A DNA stretch of 64,000 bases, taken from NCBI GenBank assembly GCA_050012315.1, contig JBEKHK010000008.1:18968-82967 (forward strand). The letters are read 5' to 3'. The stretch is from Steroidobacteraceae bacterium (GTDB lineage Bacteria; Pseudomonadota; Gammaproteobacteria; Steroidobacterales; Steroidobacteraceae). The notes beneath the pieces are model-generated. The model saw only the letters and a program-made list of their open reading frames with translations, was not told the DNA's origin and did no database searches. The position numbers were made by a program, and so were the translations under genes. This document shows positions 18,634 through 28,700 of the stretch, in pieces (the first letter of the stretch is position 1; each line of letters starts with the position of its first letter).

Positions 18634-20031
18634 TCAGATCACGCGCGAACCGCGTTCGGACGCCCGCTCGGTGGAAAGATAGGCATCGAAGGTCATGGCG
18701 ACGGACCGCATCAACAGGCGGCCCGCCGGCGTCAACACGATGCGGCCGTTGCCGAGCTCCACCAGACCGTCCGCTTGCAAGCCGCGCAGCCGGTCTAATT
18801 CGTCCGCGAAATAGCCGTCGAATCGAATGCCGTGCCGGCGCTCGACGGTGGCTACGTCGATGCTGCCGTTGCACATGATGTCGTGAATGACGTCCTTGCG
18901 CACCACATCGTCCCGGCTCATGCGCACGCCCCGGCACGAAGGCAGGGCGCCCCGGTCGACCGCCGCTTCATAGTCGCCCAGCAACTTGTGATTCTGAACG
19001 TACAGGTCACCGACCCGGCCGATCGCGCTGACACCGAGACTGACGAGATCCCGGTTCGCGTGAGTCGTATAGCCCTGAAAATTCCGGTGCAAGGTGCCGT
19101 CGCGGCGTGCCGTTGCGAGTCCATCGCCGGGCAGCGCGAAATGATCCATGCCGATGTACACGTAACCCGCCGCGCAGAGCTTCTCGACCGCCAGCTGCAG
19201 CAGGCCGAGCCGTGCGGCCGGATCCGGCAACTCGCGGGTGCGTATCTGCCGTTGCGCTTTGAATAAGCGCGGCATATGGGCGTAGCCGTACACCGCCAGG
19301 CGATCCGGACGCAGGTCGATCACGCGGTCCAGCGTGGCCGCAAACGTCGCCTGAGTCTGCCTCGGCAAGCCGTAGATCAGGTCGAAATTGATCGAGCTGA
19401 ACCCCAGATCGCGCGCCTGGCCGTAAACGCGCGCGACCGTCTCGGCGGGCTGTATGCGGTTTACCGCCTGCTGCACGTTCTCGTCGAAATCCTGCACTCC
19501 GAGGCTGATTCGGTTGAAGCCAAGGGCGGCCAACAGCCGCAGCATGCCGCCGTCGACTCCGCGCGGATCGATTTCGATCGAGTAATCGCGGGACCGGGCG
19601 TCCGTCAGCTGAAATTCTCGATCGATTCGATCGATCAATTCGATGAGCAGCTGCCGCGGCAAGAATGTCGGCGTTCCGCCGCCGAAGTGCATCTGCTCGA
19701 CCGTCCTGCTTCGGCCGAAGTACGCGCTGCGCCGGCCAATCTCGCACAGCAAGCGGCGAACATAGTCATCGGCCCGCTCTGGACGGCGGGTCACGATCTT
19801 GTTGCATCCGCAATAAAAGCAAGGGCTCAGGCAAAACGGAATGTGCACGTACAGCGATAGCGGGAGCCCTTCGTTGGCGCCGACGCTGGCGGCTGCGGCG
19901 CGCTCATAGTCGCCCGCTTCGATCCCGTCGCGAAATTGCATCGCCGTGGGATACGAGGTGTAGCGCGGGCCCTCGCGATCGTAGCGGCGCATCAGATCGG
20001 CGTCGAAGCAGACGGCCGTGGCGGTTGTCAT
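18634..20031 (-). CDS. hemN: Oxygen-independent coproporphyrinogen III oxidase (radical SAM)
   Basis: 465 aa. GPRYTSYPTA near the N-terminus and the radical-SAM cluster motif YVHIPFCLSPCFYCGCN. Length and C-terminal HemN domain are typical. Confidence 0.95.
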   Translation of the reverse strand: MTTATAVCFDADLMRRYDREGPRYTSYPTAMQFRDGIEAGDYERAAAASVGANEGLPLSLYVHIPFCLSPCFYCGCNKIVTRRPERADDYVRRLLCEIGRRSAYFGRSRTVEQMHFGGGTPTFLPRQLLIELIDRIDREFQLTDARSRDYSIEIDPRGVDGGMLRLLAALGFNRISLGVQDFDENVQQAVNRIQPAETVARVYGQARDLGFSSINFDLIYGLPRQTQATFAATLDRVIDLRPDRLAVYGYAHMPRLFKAQRQIRTRELPDPAARLGLLQLAVEKLCAAGYVYIGMDHFALPGDGLATARRDGTLHRNFQGYTTHANRDLVSLGVSAIGRVGDLYVQNHKLLGDYEAAVDRGALPSCRGVRMSRDDVVRKDVIHDIMCNGSIDVATVERRHGIRFDGYFADELDRLRGLQADGLVELGNGRIVLTPAGRLLMRSVAMTFDAYLSTERASERGSRVI

Positions 20032-20125
20032 TGGACCCTCAAATGCAAGCGAACATTCGGATCTCGGTAGACTTCATCGAAGCCGGGCGCCCGCCAATAG
20101 GTACTTTCCCGTAGCCCAGCCGCCC

Positions 20126-21982
20126 TCACTGAGCGCGCGCGGCGGCGGATAGCCGTACGGCGGGGAAATACACACCGAGCAGCCGCCGTTGCCACCAGAA
20201 CCCCCTGGCTTTTTCCGGGCCGCCGGCATACGTGTAATCGTAGAACAAGGCCCGCACGTAGAGCGGCGGCTTGCCCGGAAAGGGGTTCTTCGCAAGGAGC
20301 GCCGTCACCGCGGGCTCGTTGTCGAGAATCCTCCGCAGAAAGCCCGAGAACCACGGCAGCCCCCTCGGATCATTGAGCGCCGCAAACCACATCTGCCAGT
20401 CCAATCGCGGCTGATGCGGGATGTTCCAAGGCGGCGCGCGTTCGAGATCACCGGGTTTATAACGGAATTCGTACTCGCGCCATTCGATGCCGTCGTTCGA
20501 GCCTTCGATGACGATCTCGTCGCGCTGCGTGGTCATGACCGCGAACAGGCCGTAGCCGCTGACGATGCGCAGCGGCTCGATCAGCCGATCGAGTTCCTGC
20601 GCCGCTGCGGCCGGATTACCGCCGAAACGCAGATCCATCTGCACCAGGCTGCAAAACACGATCAGCACCGCCACTGCGCGAACGATGATCGACACCGCTC
20701 GGCGCCCGTCGGCCCGTGCGGCTCGCGCCGGCAGCAGACGGACGAGTCTCTGCGGCAAGATACTCAGCAGAGCCGCATCGTCGAACAACAACAAGCAGAG
20801 CAGCATGGTCTGAAGGTTGAACCAGTTGTAATTGCCGGTGACCAAGATGCAGCTTTGCAGCAGCAGAATCCCGAAGGCGGCGCCGAAGCGCAGCCGGCGC
20901 GGACAAAAGATGAAGAACGGCAGGATCAACTCGATCACGAACATGCCGCCAGTGGCGGCTTCAAGCATGCTCGACGGCAGCTGCGCCACATACCAGGCGA
21001 GCGGCGTCGGTAAGGGCTGAGTGAGAAAGTGATAGGACAGCGCCGATAGATTGCGCCAATTGGGATCGCCGCTCGAGAGCTTCACGACGCCGGACATGAA
21101 CATGAATCGGAACAGCAGCCATCGCAACAACCAGATTCCCGGCATCGGGGCAAGAGCCAGGATCAGCGCGAGAAAGCCGGTTTCCAGCAGATACACGTCC
21201 CACTGGTACGTCATGAACGACTGCCCCGCGTACAGCAGCGACAGGTACAGCACATGCAGCAGCAGGAGGCTCGCGCGAGGCAGGATATTCAACGTGAGCA
21301 TTAGCGCGAGGGCCGCACCGGACCAGCAGACGGCCTGAATGGCGGCGTCGCCGGCGCTCCACCAGAACACCATCGGCATGTAATAAAAGCGCGCCGGCCC
21401 CGCGCTGCGGGCGACGGCATCGACCATTTCGGCCAGGGGCAGGATGCCATGGCTGCCGATCAGCCCCGGAGCCTGCACGCCGAAGGAAACGAACGCCGAG
21501 AAATAAATCAGGCCAAAGAGCCGGAGGAACAGATACGAGGCGGTATCGTACCGCGGCGGCACGTGCTCCTTGCCCCATAGAAACAGGCTCACCCGATGAG
21601 ACGCCGAGCGATGAGCCGCGATGAACGTGTATACCCGCTCCGAGACCGCCGCAAATCCGGGCAGATGCCTGTAGAGCGCGAGCCAGAATGCCTTGCCGCG
21701 CGCGTGGCTGAGCGTCAAGAAGCTGGCTTCGGCGGCGCTCGCGCGGCCTCCCTCGGGCGCGATGTATTGCACAGCTCGCTGAAACTCGGTGCGCGGGATG
21801 GCCGGATATCGTTCCGCCACCTCCTGAAATGGCCTGTACTCGACCAGCTCGGCGGTGAGCTTCTGCCAATAGCGAGCCCAATAGGCGCAAAACGCGCAAT
21901 CGCCGTCGTAGATCAGCAGCGGCCGGGGCGCGAAGGCGGGCTCGGCGGCGCCGCGGTCTGGATATTCAGAATCTTGCGGCAT
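20126..21982 (-). CDS. Lipase-maturation-factor (LMF1)-like polytopic membrane protein with N-terminal DCC/DUF393 thiol-disulfide oxidoreductase-like domain
   Basis: Start moved to ATG 21982 (MPQDSEYPD). The N-terminal YDGDCAFCAYWARYW is a DCC-family CxxC motif. About 10 TM helices follow, then the C-terminal block EWREYEFRYKPGDLERAPPWNIPHQPRLDWQMWFAAL, which I recognise from LMF1-family proteins. Confidence 0.75.
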   Translation of the reverse strand: MPQDSEYPDRGAAEPAFAPRPLLIYDGDCAFCAYWARYWQKLTAELVEYRPFQEVAERYPAIPRTEFQRAVQYIAPEGGRASAAEASFLTLSHARGKAFWLALYRHLPGFAAVSERVYTFIAAHRSASHRVSLFLWGKEHVPPRYDTASYLFLRLFGLIYFSAFVSFGVQAPGLIGSHGILPLAEMVDAVARSAGPARFYYMPMVFWWSAGDAAIQAVCWSGAALALMLTLNILPRASLLLLHVLYLSLLYAGQSFMTYQWDVYLLETGFLALILALAPMPGIWLLRWLLFRFMFMSGVVKLSSGDPNWRNLSALSYHFLTQPLPTPLAWYVAQLPSSMLEAATGGMFVIELILPFFIFCPRRLRFGAAFGILLLQSCILVTGNYNWFNLQTMLLCLLLFDDAALLSILPQRLVRLLPARAARADGRRAVSIIVRAVAVLIVFCSLVQMDLRFGGNPAAAAQELDRLIEPLRIVSGYGLFAVMTTQRDEIVIEGSNDGIEWREYEFRYKPGDLERAPPWNIPHQPRLDWQMWFAALNDPRGLPWFSGFLRRILDNEPAVTALLAKNPFPGKPPLYVRALFYDYTYAGGPEKARGFWWQRRLLGVYFPAVRLSAAARAQ

Positions 21983-22037
21983 ACCGGTATGTATAATCCG
22001 GGGCCCATCATTCGGGAAAGTCCTTGGCTGATATATT

Positions 22038-22904
22038 TTGAGTGCGAAGATCATCGATGGCCGCGAGCACGCGCGCCGCTTTAGAGAAGGCTTCAAGGCT
22101 GACGCCGCCGACATCCTCGCCAAAACCGGAGTTATACCGTCTTTGGTGGTGGTTCTGGTCGGGAGCGATGCCGCCTCCCAGGTGTACGTAGCGAACAAGG
22201 TCAAGGCCTGCCGGGACGTTGGTATCAAGTCGACCGTGATGGAGCGGCCGGAAACCACCACCCTGAAAGAGTTGATGTCCATCATCGACGAACTGAACGC
22301 CGACGACAGCGTTCATGGCGTGCTCGTGCAGTTGCCGCTCCCCAAACACATCGCGGTGACGGCGGTGCTCGAGCGCATCGCCGCCGGCAAGGACGTGGAC
22401 GGATTTCACCTCTATAACGTCGGAGGGCTGGTGGTGGGTACAACCATCTTCCCGCCGTGCACCCCATACGGCGTTCAGAAACTTCTCGAGGCGGAGGACA
22501 TTCCGATCGAAGGACAAAACGTCGTGGTGGTGGGCGCAAGCAACATCGTTGGCAAACCGACGGCGCTGATGCTCATGCAACGCGACGCGACCGTGTGTAT
22601 TTGCCATGCCAAGACGCGCGATCTGGCTCAATTCACGATTCTCGCCGACATCCTGGTCGTCGCCGCCGGCAAGCCGAATCTGATCGTCGCGCCCATGGTC
22701 AAGACCGGTGCAGTCGTCGTGGATGTGGGCATCAACCGCCTGCCGGACGGCAGCCTCGTCGGGGACGTGGATTTCGAAGGCGTTCGACGCAAGGCTTCCT
22801 ACATTACCCCTGTGCCCGGCGGCGTCGGGCCCATGACCGTGACGATGCTGGTCAACAACACCATCGTAGCGGCCCGCGCTTCACTCGGACTGCGGGGCAG
22901 ATAG
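22038..22904 (+). CDS. folD: Bifunctional methylenetetrahydrofolate dehydrogenase / methenyl-THF cyclohydrolase
   Basis: 288 aa. MSAKIIDGREHA.., VLVGSDAASQVYV, HGVLVQLPLP, VVVGASNIVGKP and ITPVPGGVGPMT are the canonical FolD blocks. Confidence 0.95.
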   Translation: MSAKIIDGREHARRFREGFKADAADILAKTGVIPSLVVVLVGSDAASQVYVANKVKACRDVGIKSTVMERPETTTLKELMSIIDELNADDSVHGVLVQLPLPKHIAVTAVLERIAAGKDVDGFHLYNVGGLVVGTTIFPPCTPYGVQKLLEAEDIPIEGQNVVVVGASNIVGKPTALMLMQRDATVCICHAKTRDLAQFTILADILVVAAGKPNLIVAPMVKTGAVVVDVGINRLPDGSLVGDVDFEGVRRKASYITPVPGGVGPMTVTMLVNNTIVAARASLGLRGR

Positions 22905-22938
22905 GCGCCGGCCGCGCCTGGGTTGACCCGCCTCGCGG

Positions 22939-23988
22939 CTAAGTGAGGTTGAGATGCCTCATGACCCTGGCCAGGTTTTTTCTGATCTCATTGAGCTTGC
23001 CGAGGCTGGCGGCCGTCCGCATCGCATCCGCCAGAGGCTGCAGGGGATAGCCGCCGTAGGCACCCGGATTGGGCACATCCTGGGTGACGGAGGATCTGCC
23101 CGACAGAGTCACATTGTCGGCTACGGTCACGTGCGTCGTTACCACGGTGTTGCCGCCCGTCATGAACCGCCGGCCGATCCGGGTCGATCCGCCCATCATG
23201 AAGCCGGCGGTATAGAAGCCGTCCTCGCCGAGATCGCAGTTGTGCGCGATATGGCAGATGTTGTCCAGCTTGGTCCCGGCGCGAATGTGCGTCGACGTCA
23301 AGGTCGCGCGGTCGATGGCGCAGTTGCTGCCGATCTCCACGTCGTTGCCTATCACGACGTTCCCCAGGTGCGAAATCTTGCGGGCGCGCCCGTCGGGGCC
23401 CGGTGCGTAGCCAAATCCGTCGCCGCCCACGGTGGTATGCGGATGAATTTCGCAATCATCGCCGACCCGGCACCCGGCCCCAATGAAAACCTGCGGATGA
23501 ATGACCGTGCGTTCGCCGATCGAGGCGTCGTTTTCGATTACCGCGTGCGCTCCGATCATGCTGTTGCTTCCGATCGTGGCATTGGCGCCGATCACGCAAT
23601 AGGGCCCCAAGTACACATCCGATCCGACACGGGCGTCCGGGTGCACGACCGCCGTCGGATGTTGTTGACCCCACTGGGTGAAACGGACTCGTTTGCGGTC
23701 GAAGTATTTGAGCAGCGTTGCCATGCCGACGGGCATGACCTTGACCGAAAAACAACATATGTCGTCCGTCGCCGGCTTCAACGACTCGGACATCGTGCTG
23801 AGGCAGATGAGAATGGCGGGTTGACGCGCGAACGCCTGGGCTATTTGTTGGGCATCGCTGACGAATACCAGGCTGGCACTGCAGGAGTCCGCGGGAACCC
23901 GGCAATGCTCGGCACTCGAGTCCAGATTGCCGTGCAGGTACGTGAATACGTCCGAATGTCTCGACTTGATCGCCTGAGCGGTAATCAT
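22939..23988 (-). CDS. UDP-3-O-acylglucosamine N-acyltransferase-like protein (LpxD paralog), stand-alone
   Basis: Start moved to ATG 23988 (MITAQAIKS). It has an N-terminal LpxD-type domain, a long left-handed beta-helix hexapeptide region ([53 protein letters not shown]...) with GGDGFGY, and a C-terminal helical tail. No skp/fabZ/lpxA lie nearby. Confidence 0.75.
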   Translation of the reverse strand: MITAQAIKSRHSDVFTYLHGNLDSSAEHCRVPADSCSASLVFVSDAQQIAQAFARQPAILICLSTMSESLKPATDDICCFSVKVMPVGMATLLKYFDRKRVRFTQWGQQHPTAVVHPDARVGSDVYLGPYCVIGANATIGSNSMIGAHAVIENDASIGERTVIHPQVFIGAGCRVGDDCEIHPHTTVGGDGFGYAPGPDGRARKISHLGNVVIGNDVEIGSNCAIDRATLTSTHIRAGTKLDNICHIAHNCDLGEDGFYTAGFMMGGSTRIGRRFMTGGNTVVTTHVTVADNVTLSGRSSVTQDVPNPGAYGGYPLQPLADAMRTAASLGKLNEIRKNLARVMRHLNLT

Positions 23989-24150
23989 CGCCAACTCCTT
24001 TTGCCGGAGTCGCGCTGCATCTCCGCGACCCTCTCGCTGATACTCAGGCCTCATGGCTGGCCGGTACTCTGAGCGCACTCGAGATTCGGTGTCAAGTTAA
24101 CAAATGCGCCGCGGCGGCGACTTTGCGCGAGAGAGTCCAAATTAACTTAA

Positions 24151-24166
24151 CGCCGATGCGTCGGCG
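24151..24166 (-). terminator. Weak hairpin (CGCCGA-CGCA-TCGGCG on the minus strand) followed by TTAAGTTAATTT, a possible terminator of the oxidoreductase gene
   Basis: The 6-bp GC stem and A/T-rich trail were read directly. The stem is short and the T-tract interrupted, so this is only a candidate. Confidence 0.25.
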
Positions 24167-24192
24167 CCTGCATTTGCATTACTCCGATCCCC

Positions 24193-25287
24193 TCAGGGCT
24201 CGAGCACGATCTTGCCCGTGTGCCCCTTGGCAGTGAATTCCTGCTGGGCGGCAACGATCGAGCGGAGCGGGTAGACCCTCGCAACCACCGGACGGATCTC
24301 GCCACGCTCGATGTACCCGACGAGATTGCGGAACACGCCGGGCTCGAACACCGTGCAGCCGTCCAGCCGAAGATCCTTGAGGTACAGCGTTCTCAGGTCG
24401 AGGTCGACGACCGGCCCCGAGATGGCGCCCGCCACGGCATAGCGTCCTCGTCTTCGCAGAACCTCGAGAAGTCTGCCGAACTGCTTGCCGCCGACCACGT
24501 CGATGACCGCATCGACGCTTTCGCGTCCCAGTTCCTCGACGAGGTCGGCGTCGCGGGCGATCACGAGCGACGCACCGAGCGCCCGGATGCCTTGCGCCTT
24601 GGCAGGGCTGGCCACCGCGATCACGCTTGCGCCACGGCGCACCGCCAGTTGCACGGCCGCGGAGCCGACGCCGCCGGAGGCCCCGGTGACCAGCGCCTTG
24701 TCGCCGGCCGCGACTTGACTGCGCTCGAGCATGTGCTCGGCCGCGGCATATGCGCAAGGAAAGGAAGCGAGCTCCGCATCGGACAGGCCGCTCGAGATCG
24801 CATGAGCGTTCAGCGACGGCACGCAGGCGTATTCGGCAAATGCCCCATTGCACTCGGAGCCAAAGTAGATGACCCGCGTGATCCCGTCCCGCTTCATGCG
24901 AATGACCGGTTCGATCAAGACACGCTCGCCGATTCGACCGGCCCCTACGCCGCCGCCGACCGCGACGATCCGGCCGCAGCCATCGGCGCCCTGAATCCTC
25001 GGGAATTGATGTTTCGCACCGGTCCACCCGGAGTCCTCGGCGCTCGCGCCGTCGAACCCGACCGCGGCTCCCGCCGCGGTCGTTCCCTCGGACACCGCAC
25101 GCGAGTACCACCCGGTACGCGTATTGATGTCGGTATTGTTGACGCCGGCGGCGCCGATTTGCACGAGCACGGCACCCTCCTCCGGCTGCGGAACCGGCAC
25201 ATCCTCGCGAAACTCCAGCTGATCGAAGCCGCCATGTCCTTTCAGGAGCACGGCCTTCATCGTCCCCGGAACGGCTGGCATCGGCAC
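24193..25287 (-). CDS. Zinc-type alcohol dehydrogenase / quinone oxidoreductase family (MDR superfamily)
   Basis: 364 aa. GroES-like N-domain (MKAVLLKGHGGFDQLEFREDVPVP), Rossmann motif LVTGASGGVGSAAVQLA, and a C-terminal GHTGKIVLEP. Confidence 0.85.
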   Translation of the reverse strand: MPMPAVPGTMKAVLLKGHGGFDQLEFREDVPVPQPEEGAVLVQIGAAGVNNTDINTRTGWYSRAVSEGTTAAGAAVGFDGASAEDSGWTGAKHQFPRIQGADGCGRIVAVGGGVGAGRIGERVLIEPVIRMKRDGITRVIYFGSECNGAFAEYACVPSLNAHAISSGLSDAELASFPCAYAAAEHMLERSQVAAGDKALVTGASGGVGSAAVQLAVRRGASVIAVASPAKAQGIRALGASLVIARDADLVEELGRESVDAVIDVVGGKQFGRLLEVLRRRGRYAVAGAISGPVVDLDLRTLYLKDLRLDGCTVFEPGVFRNLVGYIERGEIRPVVARVYPLRSIVAAQQEFTAKGHTGKIVLEP

Positions 25288-25310
25288 CTCTTTTATTCAG
25301 CTCTTTATAT

Positions 25311-25742
25311 TCAGCGCCTATGTCCCATCGCGGTTCCTATGACGGCGCCCTTCTTCGCATCATACTTTGCCGGCCCGCCAAGCACCCCGGCGGCTTGTTG
25401 CTTTCCTGCAATCGGCGATGCTCCGGCCGCCGCGCGGAAGGCGGGTTGATGGCGGATGGTCGACATATGTCCGACAGATCGATTCACCGGCGCGGTTAAT
25501 CGGCCGTTCATGGGCCGGTTCACTGGCCGATTCATGGGCCGGACGGGAAGAACAGCCGGCGGCGCTTGATGCCGAGCGGTCGGTTCCTGGGTCCGGGGGG
25601 CGGCCGCCGGATGATTCGACACAGCGCGTTCGCCCCCTGCGGCGGCTTTGCTCCACCCGACGGCGGGCGCCGCCAAGTAACCCGACCCGAGCGCGATGAG
25701 CATGCAAGCGCCTGTTGCCGCCCGGTGATGCATTGATCTCAT
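25311..25742 (-). CDS. Hypothetical small secreted His/Met/Pro-rich protein (doubtful gene)
   Basis: ATG at 25742 lies 17 nt after the czcA-like stop. MRSMHHRAATGACMLIALGSGYLAAPAVG is a plausible signal peptide, followed by (M/V)NRP tetrapeptide repeats. Read by eye, about one third of third-codon positions are A/T, which looks atypical for this genome. No family recognised. Confidence 0.3.
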   Translation of the reverse strand: MRSMHHRAATGACMLIALGSGYLAAPAVGWSKAAAGGERAVSNHPAAAPRTQEPTARHQAPPAVLPVRPMNRPVNRPMNGRLTAPVNRSVGHMSTIRHQPAFRAAAGASPIAGKQQAAGVLGGPAKYDAKKGAVIGTAMGHRR

Positions 25743-25758
25743 GATCGATCTCGAGACA

Positions 25759-28700
25759 TCAGGCCTCCCGAGGCTCGAGGGGGCGGGCGCCACCGTTCTC
25801 GTGCGACTTGCGCAAGAACACGAGTTGGAGCGCCGGGACCACCATCAGCAGCATGAGCGGCCCCAAGAGCATTCCGCCGACGACGACGGTCGCCAAAGGA
25901 CGCTGCACTTGGCTGCCGATACCGTGCGACAGGGCAGCAGGCACGAGGCCGATGCAGGCGGAAAGCGCCGTCATCAGCATGGGGCGCATGCGCTTCTCTG
26001 CGGCGCGCTCCATGGCATCGAACGCTCCCATGCCCTGCATATGGAGCTCGTTGAAATAGGTCAGCACGAGAATGCCGTTCATCACCGATACGCCCATCAG
26101 CGAGATGAATCCGATGGCCGCGGATACGCTGAAGGGCAGACCGGTGATGAACAGCGCGAGTACACCGCCGGCCACCGCGAAGGGTATGCCCGCCAAGGCG
26201 AGCAGACTGTCCCGCACGGAATTGAACAGGCTGTACAGCAAAACGAGGATCAGCGCGAGGCTCATCGGCACGAACACCGCCAATCGCTTCTTCGCGGTTT
26301 GCAAATCCTGGAACTCGCCCGCCCACACTATTCGATATCCCGTCGGCAGATGGACGTTCTGCGCGATGCGGCGTTGCGCCTCGGCCACGGTGCTGCCGAG
26401 GTCACGGCCGCGCACGCTGAATTTGATCGGAATGTAGCGCTGCGTGGTTTCGTGATAGATGTAGGACGCGCCGGAATCCAACGTGATGTCGGCCAATTCG
26501 CTCAACGGAATATAGGCCGTCGTCCCGGCGGCGGTTTGATACGCCACGGGAATGGCGCGGATTTTGTCGATGCTGTCCCGGTATTGCCGCTCCAGGCGCA
26601 CCGTCAGATTGAACTGCCGATCGCTCTCCAGCACGGTGCTCGCCACCGCGCCGGCCATGGCGGCTTGCACGACCGTATTCACGTCTCCCGTATTGAGTCC
26701 GTATCGCGCGGCTTTGACGCGATCGACTTTGATGTTGAGATTCGGCTGGCCGACGATGTGGAAGATGCCCAGATCTTCCATCCCCTTGACCTTCTGCATC
26801 TCCTCGAGAATTTGGCCCGCGTATTTCTCCAGCACGTTCAAATTGGGGCCGATGATCTTGACCGAGTTCGCGCCCTTGACCCCCGAAAGAGCCTCTTCCA
26901 CGTTGTCCTGAATGTACTGCGAGAAATTGAACACGACGCCCGGCAATGCCGCGTCGAATTCCGCCTGCAGCTGCGCCGTGAGCTTGTCCTTGGTCATTCC
27001 GGCCGGCCACTCGTCATAGGATTTGAGCGGAGCAAATAACTCCACGTTGGAAAACGGCGATGCGTCGCTGCCGTTGTCCGGGCGCCCGTGCTGCGACACC
27101 ACCGTGATGATCTCGGGATGCTTGAGCAAGATTTCGCGCATCTTGCGCGTCGCCTCGGTTCCCGCGTCCAGCGACATGGTCTGCGGCATCGCCGCGCGGA
27201 TCCAATAGTTGCCTTCTTCCAGCGCCGGCAGAAACTCGCTGCCGAGGAACGGGATCATGATCCCGACCAGCGCCAGAAAGGCGACGCCGATGCCGACCAC
27301 GAGCCCGCGCCGATTCAGGGCGAAGTCGAGCGCCGGCCGGTAAAGCCGGTGCAATCCCCGGACGAGGAATGTTTCCGTCTCCTTGACTCGCTCCGGCAAC
27401 AAAATCGACGACAGTACCGGCGTCACCGTGAACGTCGCGATCAGCGCGCCGGCCAGGGCGTAGCCGTACGTGCGCGCCATCGGCCCGAAGATCTGCCCTT
27501 CGACCCCCTGCATGGTGAACAGCGGCCCGAATGCCGCGATGGTGATCGCGGTGGAGAATAGGATGGCTTTGTCGACTTGCAGCGCCGACACGTAGATCAT
27601 CCGCAGCCGCACCGTCCAGTGGGCATCGCTGCCGACCGAAGGATCGTTCCCATAGGTTCCCTGGCGCAACCCCTCCACCATCTGCGCCTGCAGATTCGGC
27701 ATGGATTGGAGGTTTCTGAATATGTTCTCGACCAGGATGACCGCCGAGTCGATGATGATGCCGAAGTCGACCGCACCGATGGACAGGAGGTTCGCGTCCT
27801 GCCCCTGCAGTACCAGGATGATGATGGAGAAGAACAGCGCGAATGGAATATTGACGCCGACGATGATGGCGCTGCGCAGATCCCCGAGAAAGATCCATTG
27901 CACCAAGAACACCAGCAGACAGCCGAAAATCAGATTGTGCAGCACCGTGTGGGTGGTCACATTGACCAGCGTGGTGCGGTCATAGTAGGGAACGAGCTTG
28001 ACGCCCGGCGGCAGGCTTCCGTCGGTGTTCATCGCCGCCACGGCGGCCCTGATGCGCGGCACGACGTCGTTGGTATGCTGCGTGCGCCCCATGACCACGA
28101 TCGACGCGACGATATCGTCCTCGTGGTCGCGCCCGGCGATGCCGAGTCGCGGCACGTTGCCGACGTACACCCGGGCCACGTCTTTCACGAGCACGGGCAC
28201 GCCGTTGAACTGGCCCAGCACGACGTTTTGGATGTCGTCGACGTGATAGCCCTGGGTCAGATCGTCGTTGCCGCCGTCGTCGACCAGGCCGACGCCCCGG
28301 ATATTGACGGACTGCTGGCCGACGGTGATCTCGCGGCCGCCGACGTTGATGTTGGAATTGCCGAGCGCGGTCAGCAGCTGCGGCATCGTGATGTTGTAGG
28401 CCTGAAGCTTGTTGAGATCCGCGGCGACCTCGAATTCCTTGGTGGTGCCGCCCCAGCTGTTGACGGCCGCGACGCCGGGAACGGTGGACAAGCGGCGCAG
28501 TGCGATCCAATCCTGCACGGTGCGCAGATTGGTCAACCCGAAATGCGGCGGGCCGACCACCTGATACCGATATACTTCGCCGACCAGGCTCGATTGCTGG
28601 ATCTGCGGAATCTGGTTGCCGGGGAGTTGCACATTCTGTTGCAGACTGAGCGCCGCCTGGGTGTAAGCGAAGTGGTATTCCACGCCGTACTTGAACGTGA

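Noticed and set aside
20032-20125. Search for an FNR/Anr box (TTGAT-N4-ATCAA) upstream of hemN
   Set aside because: The only resemblance is TTGGACCCTCAAAT, directly abutting the start codon. The half-sites do not match and the position is wrong for an activator site.
21983-22285. N-terminal 101-codon extension of the LMF-like ORF, reaching into folD
   Set aside because: The extension would overlap the folD start and promoter and has no hydrophobic or domain features. The DCC domain begins right after the internal ATG at 21982.
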